Part shown: piece by piece, positions 63,215 through 64,000 of the stretch | Numbering within the stretch: the first letter of the stretch is position 1 | Layout of the letters: each line of letters starts with the position of its first letter | Source of the DNA: Convolutriloba macropyga | Lineage: Eukaryota | DNA length: 64,000 nt | Reading direction: 5' to 3' | Assembly: GCF_964194025.1 (NCBI RefSeq) | Contig: NC_134473.1 | Coordinates: 65,224,001 to 65,288,000 of the forward strand | Position numbers and translations under genes: made by a program | The notes under the pieces: model-generated | Seen by the model: the letters and a program-made list of their open reading frames with translations, nothing else | What the model was told of the DNA's origin: nothing | Database searches by the model: none

Positions 63215-64000
63215 GTGAGATATTTTTTTAATGTGGCGAGTTGATATGTATAGGTTTAAATCAATTGGAGGATTGTTGTTTTCAAAACAAAAACGTATGT
63301 TTGATCTTTGCCTTTTTTTCTCTTCTTCGTCGACCCGTTACCGCATCTCATTACTGTAAGGTCTCGTATCTTATCTAATGAGAAACAGGTTAATTTGATG
63401 AAATCACGTTTTAGCTGATTCGTTTTTCATTTTGTTAATTAGTGTTGTAATAGACACCGACTTTAGTGTCGCAATTAATGTTTTCTATTATACGGTTTTA
63501 TTGTTGTTGATGTTTTTTACTCCCATTAATGGAAAGTCTCATCGGCCATGAAGTCCAGCATTATTTGTTCACTTAATCCAGCATTATTTTTCACATTGTT
63601 TTGTGGAATTTTGAAAGTTTTCCATCTCTTCCTCATTTGGTATACAATTAAATAAAAGCATGGATGAGCGGGGTCGGAACATTATGAGGAGCGTATATTA
63701 CCGAGCATTCTTGTCTATTCTAAGAATCCACTAAATCAAAATTTAGCATTCCATGCAGTTCGTTCATCTTCAGTATGGACATACTCTGTTGCGTACTTTA
63801 ACCTGGGTGATATACGGACACGTTTATTGCTAAGAAAATTTTTTTTCATTGATTTATCTTATTGTTTTATGTATTGTCATGTTTGTGCAATACTTTCGTT
63901 ATTGAAGATCTGCAGAGATCATCCATGCATATGGTCTGGGACAATATTTCGAGCGCACTTTTTTCTGGACAATGGTCTGGAACGCGTCTGGACAATGGTC

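Overview
AT-rich, repeat-dense eukaryotic genomic DNA, probably from an invertebrate animal, with GT-AG introns and two N gaps (26808-27007, 200 N; 47665-47912, 248 N). It is not prokaryotic and has no CRISPR array, rRNA or intact tRNA. Contents, left to right: (1) a large degenerate Ty3/gypsy LTR retrotransposon on the minus strand (1-10880) with gag zinc knuckle, protease, RT, RNase H and integrase remnants, plus extra unassigned reading frames before gag and after integrase; (2) a ~950-bp tandem array; (3) a Polinton/adintovirus-like virion-protein ORF between two 425-bp direct repeats; (4) an intact stand-alone SGNH hydrolase ORF preceded by two unrelated ~180-bp satellite arrays and followed by a ~70-bp array; (5) an orphan spliced gene at ~27.0-28.4 kb; (6) a six-exon cathepsin Z gene on the minus strand (43023-50252); (7) a divergently oriented trypsin-fold gene lacking the catalytic His (from 53615), whose 9.2-kb first intron is full of MITE/foldback elements. 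All calls come from manual reading and translation; no searches were run.
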